This document shows positions 51,865 through 63,102 of a DNA stretch of 64,000 nt, piece by piece. Below the pieces are notes generated by a model. That model searched no databases. It saw nothing but the letters and a program-made list of their open reading frames with translations, and was not told the DNA's origin. The stretch covers positions 1,711,927-1,775,926 of the forward strand of contig OZ316898.1 in NCBI GenBank assembly GCA_973895155.1. Direction: 5' to 3'. The position numbers and the translations under genes were made by a program. Origin of the DNA: Marsupella aquatica (lineage: Eukaryota > Plantae > Marchantiophyta). Position 1 is the stretch's first letter, and each line of letters begins with the position of its first letter.

Positions 51865-53635
51865 AGCTGGGTAAAGTTAAACATTTGTGGTAGATACCAT
51901 AATAACTCCACTTTATGGGACCCAGTTGAGAGATTTGCTTGGTGGGGTCTCACTTGAAAGTTGCCGACTTAACAAGTCCCAAAAAGTCCAAAATGACTTG
52001 GTGGGACCTCAAACGTAGGATCGACCCGGTTTAGTATGACTTTGCCGGCCCTGCACCTTACCCTATTGTAGAACGGCAAAAAACTACATTGGAGCGAGGA
52101 TAGGGAGAACTTATTGTGTGCCCATTATTTGGACCCCACTACATCGCTCACGGGAGGTGAAGTGTACCCATTATCTGGAGCCCACTGCTTATCTTGAGCC
52201 CACTGCATTGCTCACGGGAGGCAAGGCAAGGCTACCGTGAGTTCCCTGGCAAAAAGTCGGGGTGCCATTGCACCCAATGTTTATACATTGTGGTTGATTG
52301 GAGTCCAAGCTGTGCTGCGCTGCTCTAAGAGGAGCGGAGAGCATAGAAATGCATGCTCCAAAGCAGAACGTCTATCCTCTGTTGGATGGGCCTGCTTTCG
52401 GTTTTCAAGGACAAAAATAAAAACAAAAAAAAGAGGAGCGGAGAGTATCATTTGAGAGTGATGTGGACAATGTCCAGACATGCTGAGAACAATGTAGTCT
52501 CTGTTGGATGGGCCTGCTTTCGGTTTTCAAGGACAAAAACAAAAACAAACAAAAAGAGGAGCGGAGAGTATCATTTGAGAGTGATGTGGACAATGTCCAG
52601 ACATGCTGAGAACAATGTAGTGGGTTTAGGGTGACTGTGCTGTGCGCTGGCAAATGCTGCGACGAGAGGATCTTGCAGGGCCCGGCAACTTCTTGCTGGC
52701 TCCAACCTACGTTTGAGGTCCCACCAAGTCATTTTGGACTTTTTGGGTCTTGTTAAGTCGACAGCTTTCAAGTGAGACCCCACCAAGCAAATCTCTCGAC
52801 CCAGTTGGGGAGTTTTCAAAATGAGGGAAATAGCATGGAATTTAAAAAAGCTAGGTAACTACGGTAGTGAGAGTTAGTTGTTTGTAATATTAATATCACA
52901 TAACTCCACTTATGGGACCCAGTTGTGGGAATTTTGAAAATGAGGGAAATAGCATGGAATTTAAAAAAGCTAGGTAATTAGTGAAAGTTAGATGTTTGTA
53001 ATATATCACATAACTCCACTTATGGGACCCAGTTGTAGGAATTTTGAAAATGAGGGAAATAGCATGGAATTTAAAAAATCTAGGTAATTAGTGAAAGTTA
53101 GATGTTTGTAATATATCACATAACTCCACTTATGGGACCCAGTTGCAGAATTTTAAAAATGAGGGGAAGTAGCATGGAAATTTAAATATACTTTTAAACA
53201 GCTAGGTCATTAGTGAAAGTTAAAGATATGTGATATATCTCATAACTCCCCTTATGGGACCCAGTTGCAGAATTTTAAAACTTAGGGGAAGTAGCATGGA
53301 AATTTAAATGTACTTTTAAACAGCTAGGTCATTAGTGAAAGTTAAAGATTTGTGATATATCTCATAACTCCCCTTATGGGACCCAGTTGCAGAATTTTAA
53401 AAATGAAGGGAAGTAGCATGGAATTTTAAAAAAACTGGGTCATTAGTGAAACTTAAAGATTTGTGCTACATCCCATAACTCCACTTATGGGACCCAGTTG
53501 CAGAAATTTAAAAATGAGGGGAAGTAGCATGGAATTTTAAACAGCTGGGTCGTTAGTGAAAGTTAAAGATTTGTAACATATCCCATAACTCCACTTATGG
53601 GACCTAGTTGTGGAATTTTAAAAATGAGGGGAGGT
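51865..53635. repeat. Satellite-like array of ~8 units of 110-122 bp, first unit interrupted by the MULE
   Basis: Core ATAACTCC(A/C)CTTATGGGACCCAGTTG occurs at ~51902, 52900, 53010, 53120, 53242, 53364, 53475 and 53585. Confidence 0.92.
51928..52797. mobile_element. Non-autonomous Mutator-like element (MULE-MITE), 870 bp
   Basis: 92-bp TIRs at 51928-52019 and 52706-52797 begin GAGAGATTTG. Perfect 9-bp TSD GACCCAGTT at 51919-51927 and 52798-52806. Internal ~123-bp tandem duplication at ~52377-52620. Confidence 0.92.
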
Positions 53636-54320
53636 AGTATTGACCTGCCCCATCAAACATTAGTTATAATCTCATCTCTCTAAATCTCTAATAGCATATC
53701 TCACCACGTCAAGTGCATAGCCCATGTGCCTTCAATTGTGGCTTTCCGGAGTTCCAAAGTCCTGGGTTTTTGGATTTCCAGATTTGCACCTAAAGTTGCG
53801 GGAAAGTTATGGGTTAAGTGATGAGCCCGCGGGCTTTCCTTACAGTAGTTGAAGACCGATTCCCATAATTTTTACGGGAGTTCTCATAATACTGGAGTTA
53901 TGGGAGGACCTTGTCTTGTTAACGCTAAGCTTTGAGATGCCCTACTAGACTCTTTTTTGGTATATAACTCTAGATACCTTGTCATTAGAATTTGATTGAT
54001 TTATCATGATGTCATTTTTATTCTTTGGGTCTTGCAAGCCCAAAAGAGACCCATCCAACAAAAGATAGACGTTCTACTCTTCGAGTATGCATGAGCGTAG
54101 GGTAACCCATAAGGGGGATGATACCCAAGGATCCAAAAAGGACCAATACCAACAGAGGATGGACATTCTACTTTGGGGTAAGTACCACTGTAGGGTAGCC
54201 CACACCCGGGGATGATATTCAGGGATCCAACAAGGACCTGTACCAGAGGAGAGGGGTGAACCAGCCAGGGCCCCAAACCGGCCACCCAGAGGGGTTTTCA
54301 TTCATGGATTGGGTTAAAAA

Positions 54321-54616
54321 ACTAATTTAGGTTAACTACTACACATCTCATGGTTCTAATTGGACCTAGTCTTACAATTGGACAACTTTGGTCTCCCTCG
54401 AGGTGATTTTGACCACCCTCACCAAGATTGAGGCAAAGGCTGTGTATAGAGACAAGCTGGGAGTAGGACGGGAGGACGGGATCACTCGACCTACCGCTCG
54501 ATCAACTGACCCAAGGGTGGTCAAAGTCACCTTGAGGGAGACCTTGACCGTCCAATCAAGAAAGTAGGTGCAATTCTGATAGCCATTGGATGTGAAAGAG
54601 CTAACCTAAGTTAAGT
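54321..54616. mobile_element. Foldback / MITE-like inverted-repeat element (~295 bp)
   Basis: 54390-54419 and 54514-54543 are 28/30 complementary. Pairing extends outward to TTAGGTTA (54327) and TAACCTAA (54602). Confidence 0.65.
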
Positions 54617-54649
54617 GAAAAGAATAATTTATTGGGAAATCCTAGCTTT

Positions 54650-55900
54650 GGTGCATATGCACCCACATGTAGACTCTGGCATTGACATCCATAAAACACT
54701 GACTCAATTGAATGTTGAGCTGACATGTGGATATGATCATGGGTAGGTGAGTTTGGAAATAAAATCTGACTGCTGTAGGCCCCACATTACATTTATAAAT
54801 ATTTGAACATATGCTCCATTCATGTCAAGGAAACTGATAGAAAACAAATGATGCACATTAAAGTTTTGAGTTGAACGAAGATAATTTACAGAAGAATGAA
54901 AAATATTTAAAAATCTAAATTAGGAGGGGAACATTTTTCACATTTCTCAAGTTACATTAACCCTAAATTCTGAATTCCTTTTGACAACAACATATTGATC
55001 AACAACACAATGGCCGCAATAATAAAATGACCGCAATGATGAATTGATTGCAACAATGAAATGGGTGTAATGCTAAATGTGCAAAGCACAGGCATAAGTT
55101 CTGTAATTTTGTCCAACAATATAAGTGTGTGTGTGAAGTGTAGGTCACTGAACAATACGGTTTCGAATACAGTCTGCCCCATTTTTGACAAATGTCTTGC
55201 CATTATCTACAATACAGTTGCAGATTATATGTTCTGAACCAATTTAGGGTCCCATCATTTTGACTAAACTTTGTTCAGAGTGTATCACGGGCAATGTCTT
55301 ACAATAAGGTGACATTTTGTACAATAAGGTTGCAAATAATACATTTTGGGCCCATTTATCACTTCAAGTGAACTTTGTTCATCCAATTCATAAGCTAAGA
55401 TCTATTCCTGTTAGGACTGTCATCAGGTTAGCACCAAAATCAACAATTATTAGAATTTCAGAGATGAATAGCAAAATGCTAGGATGCTTCTGAAATTATC
55501 TCAGAATATTTTGTGATGGAAAGTTTAAGAATATTCTGAGTGTCTTGAAATAAACACTGACTTTTCACTGCCTACATGATTTTCATACATGAAAAACTAA
55601 AAACAGGAGAATAACAATTTGGCATAGTGTTATTCCTAGAATAACGAGTATATTGCCCCGGTTCTGCGCAAACCTGGATGGCATTTTGGTATACACAGAA
55701 TGGCTGAAACCAGATGAGTAGGAGCATTTTGATGCAAGTTCAAAGTGAGTGACATGGACTTTGATGACTTGGTGTTCAACACCTAGCTGAACTGTGGTTA
55801 GACATCCAGGAGCACCAGGCCACCAACGTTCAGAATAGGACAAATTTAGCTCTAGGGTACAGACCAACTTTGTCCGGCCAGTATTAGACCAGGAAACTCA
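54650..55900 (-). pseudogene. Possible highly decayed PIF1-type (Helitron) helicase relic
   Basis: Colinear weak motif remnants: GCLTTVQLG..KVH.THF (Ia-like), ILVILGITL (II-like), WMNKVH (IV region) and AIVLLINMLLSKGIQN (2B-like). Many stops and frameshifts. Confidence 0.3.
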
Positions 55901-58408
55901 GCTGGTGTTTCCTGGATTAAGTAACTTCTTGGAAGATTTTATGCAGTTACTTAATTTTAGCTAGAATCAGAGTAGTCACCGTGTTTGTCACCCTCTCCAT
56001 TTCTGTCACAATGAACCCTAATATCTCTTAAAGTCCTCCCATAATTTTTTGTTGTGGTTTGCAGCAGTTATAGTTATCTGACATAATATAACGCTTGAGG
56101 GAAATGCGTGATTTCCCTGGGCAAGGTTTCACTCCAAGCACTGTGAAGCCATGATTGACCCAGGTAGAAATCTCTGAGAGGGCTGTACTATACACAATAC
56201 TGCTATCTGTGTAAAAGTAAGGACTATAGGCTCAGATTGGTTTTTACTTCAAACCTTTTGCTGGGATTGCTCAAGTATTACAACTTAGTAGTACTCTATT
56301 TTAGTTTTTCATTTGTTCCTATTTTGTTTTCTGGCCCTCCTTTTCTTGCTGTTCTTTGTGGCACCTTTCTGTAAACTTTTTTTCTTTTGGTCCTAAAAAC
56401 TTAGTAAAATAATATAGACTTGATATGAGAACTCTATATGTGTGAAAGTAAGATCATTTTCATCTAAATCCATACCATCCCAGCCAAATGAATGTTTCCC
56501 AGGATCCCATCCAAGTCTACAGTAGAAATCCTATATAAACAATCCAAAGGTTGGGTCTTAGAAAGCTGCAATGCATTCTTATACTTTCACACAATGAGCA
56601 TTTTGACATCCCATTTGAGCTTATGACTCTTTACTCTCTTCACTTTATAAATCAACAGGAGTTCAACTGCGCATATACAGAAAGTGCTTGTACTGAAACC
56701 CCATTAAAATCAGAATAAACTTAAGTGTAGGTTTGGTAGTCAGCCAAACTCAATTTATATATATAACTGCAAAGGTACAAAAATGCCCTTCCTAGGAGAC
56801 ACAATCCCAAAGGCCAAAAATCCGGTACAGGGGAAGACAAAGGAGAAACCTTGGAAACCCAAGAGCCAAAAAGCCAAAGAGTCAAAAAGTCCAAGTGCCC
56901 AAACAATAAAAGAACTATAGTAAAGCCCTAGTGAGCCACAAACTGAAACACCCGGTAGAGCTCGGGTGAAATGATTAGGAGGGTAGCAAAGAGAGATTTT
57001 ACTGGATGCTCTTTATTCTTGGGAACTTATACTGCAATCGGTGAGCTGTCTTGGCTACTAATCATTGTTTCAAAGTCCTTTTTTTGTAGAAAGGCAGGGG
57101 ACACTACAGCCCAAACCCTTATTCCACTATAGTGGAAAGGGCAACGCCAATCATCATGAGATGATAAAACTTGTTTGCATTATATTTGACATCTTGTGTC
57201 AACAGTTGATAATTCCAATACAAAATACGAATCAAGGGGTGTTTGAACATTTGAACCTTAAAACGGTTTTTAAAAAATTTTGGGGCCCACTCTACTCTGT
57301 CCTCACTATCTTGTGTCTGCATATTTTGCAAGGTTTACATACAACCCATAAGCTCGGATGGGATCTCCATCCTGACACGTTGCTGGGGATTTCTAAGCCT
57401 GCATGGGAGACGAACTAAGATATGGTAAAAGAGCTTTGCTTTCATGCAAAGGTTTTGCCCTTCCAAGCTTATGACTCTTTAATATGTGGTCCTGTGAAAA
57501 TGCCTCCTACTTAGAATCTCCTCATTGTGATGCTGGGAAACCAACACTAGCCAGGACAAGTGGAATCTCCTTTTGGACTAGTTTCTCCTGGTTGAATCTC
57601 TCACATTTTCCATATGCTTGACATTTGGAAAACGTGAATTTTGTTTCTGAGAAAAAGTAGCAACTTACTAGAAAAGGGTCAAACTAAGAACAAGGGAGTA
57701 GAGCAGAAAGAGTTAATTTATGTTTGACCAGGCTAGTTAAATTCCATTATTGAGAAAAGTAGCAATTTACTTAAAAAGGGTCACCCTCAGTACAAAGGAG
57801 TAAAAGCAAATGAGGGTCATGGCAGACAAACCCAAAATTCAAAAGAAGAGGCCAAATGCAAGAAAGTAGATTGAAAAAACTGAAGCCCCGTTGAACCTAA
57901 ACATTCCATGAGATGCCTGGATGAACGAGTGAAAACCAGTCCACCCACAAGACAACCTTGTTTGTAATAAAATATTTCTTGTCCTTTGTTAATAAGTCCA
58001 CAATTGTTGGGTCAAAAGTGACTTAGGCCATCTGGGTTGTAAGGTTCCCAAGAGGGGTCATCAGAACATCACTCCCATTACTTTTGGTTGAAGAGAAGGG
58101 AATCTGATTGTCTTGCCACCGTTTTCTTGGAAATTTTTCAAGTATGAGTTTAAGGGGGATCTACACTGGGCAAGTTACTTTGCCCAGAGCACATTGTCAG
58201 AAAGGTGCGTCCCGTCATTGAGGACACAAAGGCACCTTTGTATGTCCTCACCTCTTTCACAGGAACGGTCGTTTTCATTTTCATTAACTATGAAACCTTC
58301 TAAGCAGATTGTCCAGCTCATCAAAATGCTATTTTCGCCAATTGGCTACTGTTGTGAATTTGAGGGAGAGTTCTTGAAGATCTCAAAACCACCCTAAGAA
58401 CCTGATTG

Positions 58409-58860
58409 AATCAGATCCAATCTCTGCTATCACGTTTATTTTCAACTTGAGATCACTATCTTAGCCATGAGGAGGTGATCACATTGTAGTGGAGAAAATG
58501 ATAAATGTCTCAGCTGAGATAAAGTCAATCAGATCCAATCTCTGCTGTCACGTTCAATTTCAACTTGAGATCACTATCTTAGCCATGAGGAAGTGATCAC
58601 ATTGTAGTTGAGAAAATGATAAATGTCTCAGCTGAGATAAAGTCAATCAGATCCAATCTCTGCTGTCACGTTCAATTTCAACTTGAGATCACTCTCTTAG
58701 CCATGAGGAAGTGATCACATTGTAGTTGAGAAAATGATAAATGTCTCAGCTGAGATAAAGTCAATTATATTCAAATCCAATCTCTCGTCGGTATCACTTC
58801 CAATTTCAAGTTGAGATCAGTGATCTTAGCCATGATAGGTGATCACATTAATTGTAGCCT
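58409..58860. repeat. 118-bp tandem repeat (3 near-identical units plus 1 diverged unit) just downstream of the SDR stop
   Basis: Units start at 58409, 58527, 58645 and ~58763. The three near-identical units carry the palindromes TCTCAGCTGAGA and GTGATCAC. Confidence 0.92.
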
Positions 58861-58913
58861 TGGCAGCTACAATTATCGTCTTGCCACTCATGTCAACGAG
58901 AAGAAGCAATACA

Positions 58914-61161
58914 TTAGAATTTCACCTCCCTGCCAAACGGATACAAATTTCTGTCCAAGTAGATTTTTCCATGCTTACTGGCCAGCTCTTCCCTGGGCAT
59001 CAGGGCAAGCCACACTGGAGTATCAGCAGCCTCGATGGGAGTCTTCAACCGAAGTCCAGTTGGTGGTTTGTACTCAGTAGGATTCAGACCTTTAATATCT
59101 CTCAACATATCTGTAAGGGTAGCTCCTGGCGCGAAGATCACTAGCAATATTTTGTGCTCCTCCGATTGTGACTTCGTCCAAGATTTGGCCAACGCCATTG
59201 AGTGAGCATTCATCAAAATTTTTGAGTCGCTGTAGGTGGGACCTATCTTTCCCACCCAGCCCTCCTCTTTCGATCGGCCTGCTTTCATGTCTTCGAGAAA
59301 TTTTGTGGCCAGTGAGTCAGCGAGGTCCTCAGTGTAATTTTCCTCATCTCTGAATATCTGCTTCAGTTTCTCGGACTCCAATCGCTGGTCAAACAAGCAG
59401 TACTATGTAAGCTGGGCCCAGAGTGTATCACAATGTAGGCTGATAGTCCGCCCAATTTCGAATTCAAGTAACAGATAGTTCTGGATAACTACATCGATTT
59501 CTCAAGGTAGCCAAAAGTTCAACTGATTGAGACTATTTCTTCATAAGCATCCAATCTATCAAACTTTCAGAATCATCGGAGCCTCTAATTGTCACAAGAG
59601 AAAGTCGATCGAGTATAGGTTTGAATTGTAAGGTATAATATTTAAGACATCATTGAAGCTTCTAGTGATCAATCACAAGTGAATTTTGAAACTTAAGTGA
59701 GGACAGGTTGCAAAATAATCTCCCAAGGCAGCCAGATTCCATTCAATCCACACAACCGCTTGTTCAGTTGGCCCCATCTCGGTCTACAACCACTTCCAGA
59801 CCATAATGAATCCAAAAGGCAGTGGAGGTCCATCGACCACCAGATGTATCTACGTACCTCATAGAGCCCTAATCCGGAAGTATTGTTCAAAATACGCGCT
59901 CCACCTGGACCAGAGGATCGCAGCAATGCCATCAACCCTTTCGTCACCTTCTGTACACCGTAGTAGTTGGTCTCGAAGATCACCTTCGCATTTTCGTAGA
60001 CCAACTCAGTGCCACTAGGTCCAGGTCCTCTGCTTATTCCAGCGTTGTTTACCTAGACAGCATCATCCGCAACAAATTCCCGCGTTACAGAACTATATCC
60101 TTCTGCGAATGTGTTCACTTCCTACCACCGATGGAGACCATGCCCCCAGATTGAACATACCGGTAGGATTCAAGTAGAATTTCGAGTTTGACTCTGCTAG
60201 TTGTTCGGCTTTCATTACCTAATGGTTCAGGTCGTTGTGATCCTTAGTTTAGTTTGAGTTAACCTCGATCAAGTCATCCTTTGGCCGGATAGACCACTCT
60301 AGACGACCTCGTTCCAGAACGTTCTCCTCTCGGGAGAGCTGACAAGAGTCACAGGCTAACTTGAGGAAGAGTCACCAATTAGCAATTATGAAGGTACTAT
60401 ATGATTACATCCAGAAAGACGAGTTTCTATGTGAACTTCTCACTTTGAACGACAGCAATTAATGTGGAACTTAGCCAGGAATTGAATTTTAGGGAACCGT
60501 ATTGAGGGAGCAATCATGAGAATGAACCTGTCAATCTGTTGTAGGTTCTCATTCAGAGATTGGCACTCACCAGGATATCGATTCCACCGAACTGGTCCTT
60601 CAGCCACTTTGCTAAAGTCTGTACTGATTCCGAGCTCACGACGTCCAATTGGTGAAACAAGACCGATTCCAGCCCTTCTGCCTTCAGGGCATCCACGGCA
60701 GCTTGCCCCCTGGCGGGATCTCGAGCTGTTAAGACAACGGTCACGCCTTGCTGAGCGAGCTGGCGAGCAATCTCGTAGCCTATCCCCTTGTTCGCTCCTG
60801 TCACCACAACAACAGTCTCCTTCGACCACCAGGGTCTGTAGCCACACTCACAAATGTAGAACATGTGTGAGCGATTAATGTCATATACAAAACCTGGCAC
60901 AGGTTTTTGAGAAGGAATTTCGGTCACCGAGGTGTTGTAACAAGACCCTTCTTAGCCGATTCTCAAAATTTGCGTGTAGAAATTCGGAATCCATCGAAAC
61001 TGTGCCATAACTGATCATCTCAACTAAAGCCATTTGAGAATCGTTCATTTCACTCAGATTCGACTAGCCGTCTAGAATAGGCTATGACTTAATTCAACCA
61101 AGACCGAAGTGGATCGAGCTGTGCAATGCACTTACGGGGAGCTGGAAGTCATAGTTTCCAT
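58914..61161 (-). CDS. NADPH-dependent short-chain dehydrogenase/reductase, carbonyl reductase / (+)-neomenthol dehydrogenase-like, 4 exons, ~318 aa
   Basis: Exons 61161-61136, 60835-60571, 60052-59858 and 59384-58914. Motifs WWSKETVVVVTGANKGIG, LTARD, FHQLDV, DILVNNAG, TNYYG, catalytic YSDSK and PG...TDM. Confidence 0.92.
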
Positions 61162-62131
61162 TTCAGTGAGCAGAATCGTCCGAAGTAATGAGAAAGACCT
61201 CCCTCTGAGCGAAGTTTACGGTGGATTTCGTTGTCACCGATCAATCTAGCAGCATCTAAGAAGTGCACCTGTACGCATTCGGCTTCAACACCCTTTGATT
61301 GCTGATTTGGTTGGCTCACATGTATGAAAACAGAGCACGGGAAAGAGAGCTGGTTTCCATATCCTGCTCCAAATTTTATATGGTTTTTCGTTGCATCCTT
61401 CACAAATTCAGAAAGCCTTCGCTTGGCCAACTACCCAGATTTCGCTCTCTGCGCACGGATTGTTCCATTCATCCTCCACTGTGAAACTCATGCACAGAGC
61501 GTCACAGATCGAGATGTACCCACAGAAGTATTTACGACACAACAAATCGTGTTCTGCTTTGTGTACAGGAATACGATTCCCTTCACCTTTTGAAAGAGAG
61601 TCAATTTCATTGCAAAGTCTTGTGTGCAGCTTTTGCCAAAAAGAATGGCGGAGAGAGCGTAGAAGTGGGTCCACCATTCCCTACAGTAAAGGTAAGTAGC
61701 TTCCATTATTCCATGTTGAAGTCCGAGTCACATGGAAATAATTGTTTGACTCACATGGTAGTGTTATCACTGGTTATTCCATACTTGCACTCAAAGTCAC
61801 GGGAATTTTCTCTTTGTATATGTGAGGAACACCCTTTAAGTACTTCCCACTAAAGATACTCTGTCACATTTATTTTTTTCTAATTAGAAATATGCACTAA
61901 CAGTTTTCTAATTGAAAACATCGTCTAACATTTTTTTATAATCCATGGGGATCAATTTTGACAAACCTAGAGGTTTGTTTGGCATCATTTTTGTCAAAAG
62001 TGGAGATTGTGGGGAATATTATAAATCTAATAAAATATAAATACCAGATATAGTTTTACCACATCTTAGTGTTATAAACTTTTGTTCACACTAGACAATA
62101 TATGCGGAACATGAAAATACACTCAATCAAA

Positions 62132-62372
62132 TGTTACAGTGACAAGATACCTGTCGTGAAGAAACTCCTAAACTATCCATAAATTATAAGAATACATTTG
62201 AAGAATGAGGAGAAAATGCTCTCCCTCTAACCTACACCAAAGAGTACTGAGACGAGTGAGCCTAATCTAAGAGTATATTATCCTAATGTAATAAAGGGTT
62301 ATCTAATACTAGTAAGGCCAAACAAACTAAAACCCACAACTTGAATATATTCTTAACAATCTCCATCTTGAC
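62132..62372 (-). mobile_element. Probable truncated copia 3' end: ~227-bp LTR plus PPT
   Basis: TGTTA (62132)...TAACA (62358) termini. Adjacent ATCTCCATCTTGAC is the complement of the PPT-like GTCAAGATGGAGAT. Confidence 0.4.
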
Positions 62373-63102
62373 TCCTGCTCACAAAATGAGTCAGATGATA
62401 CATATGTTTACAAAATGACTCACATAATACATTTTATGATACTGCTATATGGCGGGACATCTTTTGATTATTTTGTCTTATTCTAAAAGCTGGTCATGTA
62501 TTTTTTTAATACATCTGGTCAAATCTAAGCTTTGTATTGGTTTGAACTTAGCAATTTTTCTAACCCCATTAATCATTTCAAGTCTATAGTTTAAGCTTTA
62601 TGTGTCTAAATCATCCTATGATTATATTCTTTTCTTAAGATGCTTTTTATTACCTGGCTAACATGTCTTCATTATATGAATGACAAGGTTATACTCACGA
62701 GGCCAATCAGGACAGTAAATAAAGATGCCTTGTAGGTTATATGTCAAAACTTTTCAATGTTAATTTATGGTTTATAGATTAACAGGTGTCATCTAAATAG
62801 AGAGGCTCAAAGCTACTGTACTCTCCTTCAAGCACAAAGTACTGTACCCTAAGGTACATTGACCTATATGTTCAATTTAATATAATTGTACACAAAAGTA
62901 CATAGCTCTCCTCACTTTAAAGGAGTGCATTTTTATTACATTTACCTTTTTAGAATCATTGTTTCAATTCATTTGAATACCATAGTATAGTATCTATTTC
63001 AAAAACTAGTTAACTAATCAATACTCTAAATAGGGTACAATAGAATCCATTATGAATAAGTTAAAATACCTGCATTTTAGAACTGGCCAGTTATGTACAT
63101 TA

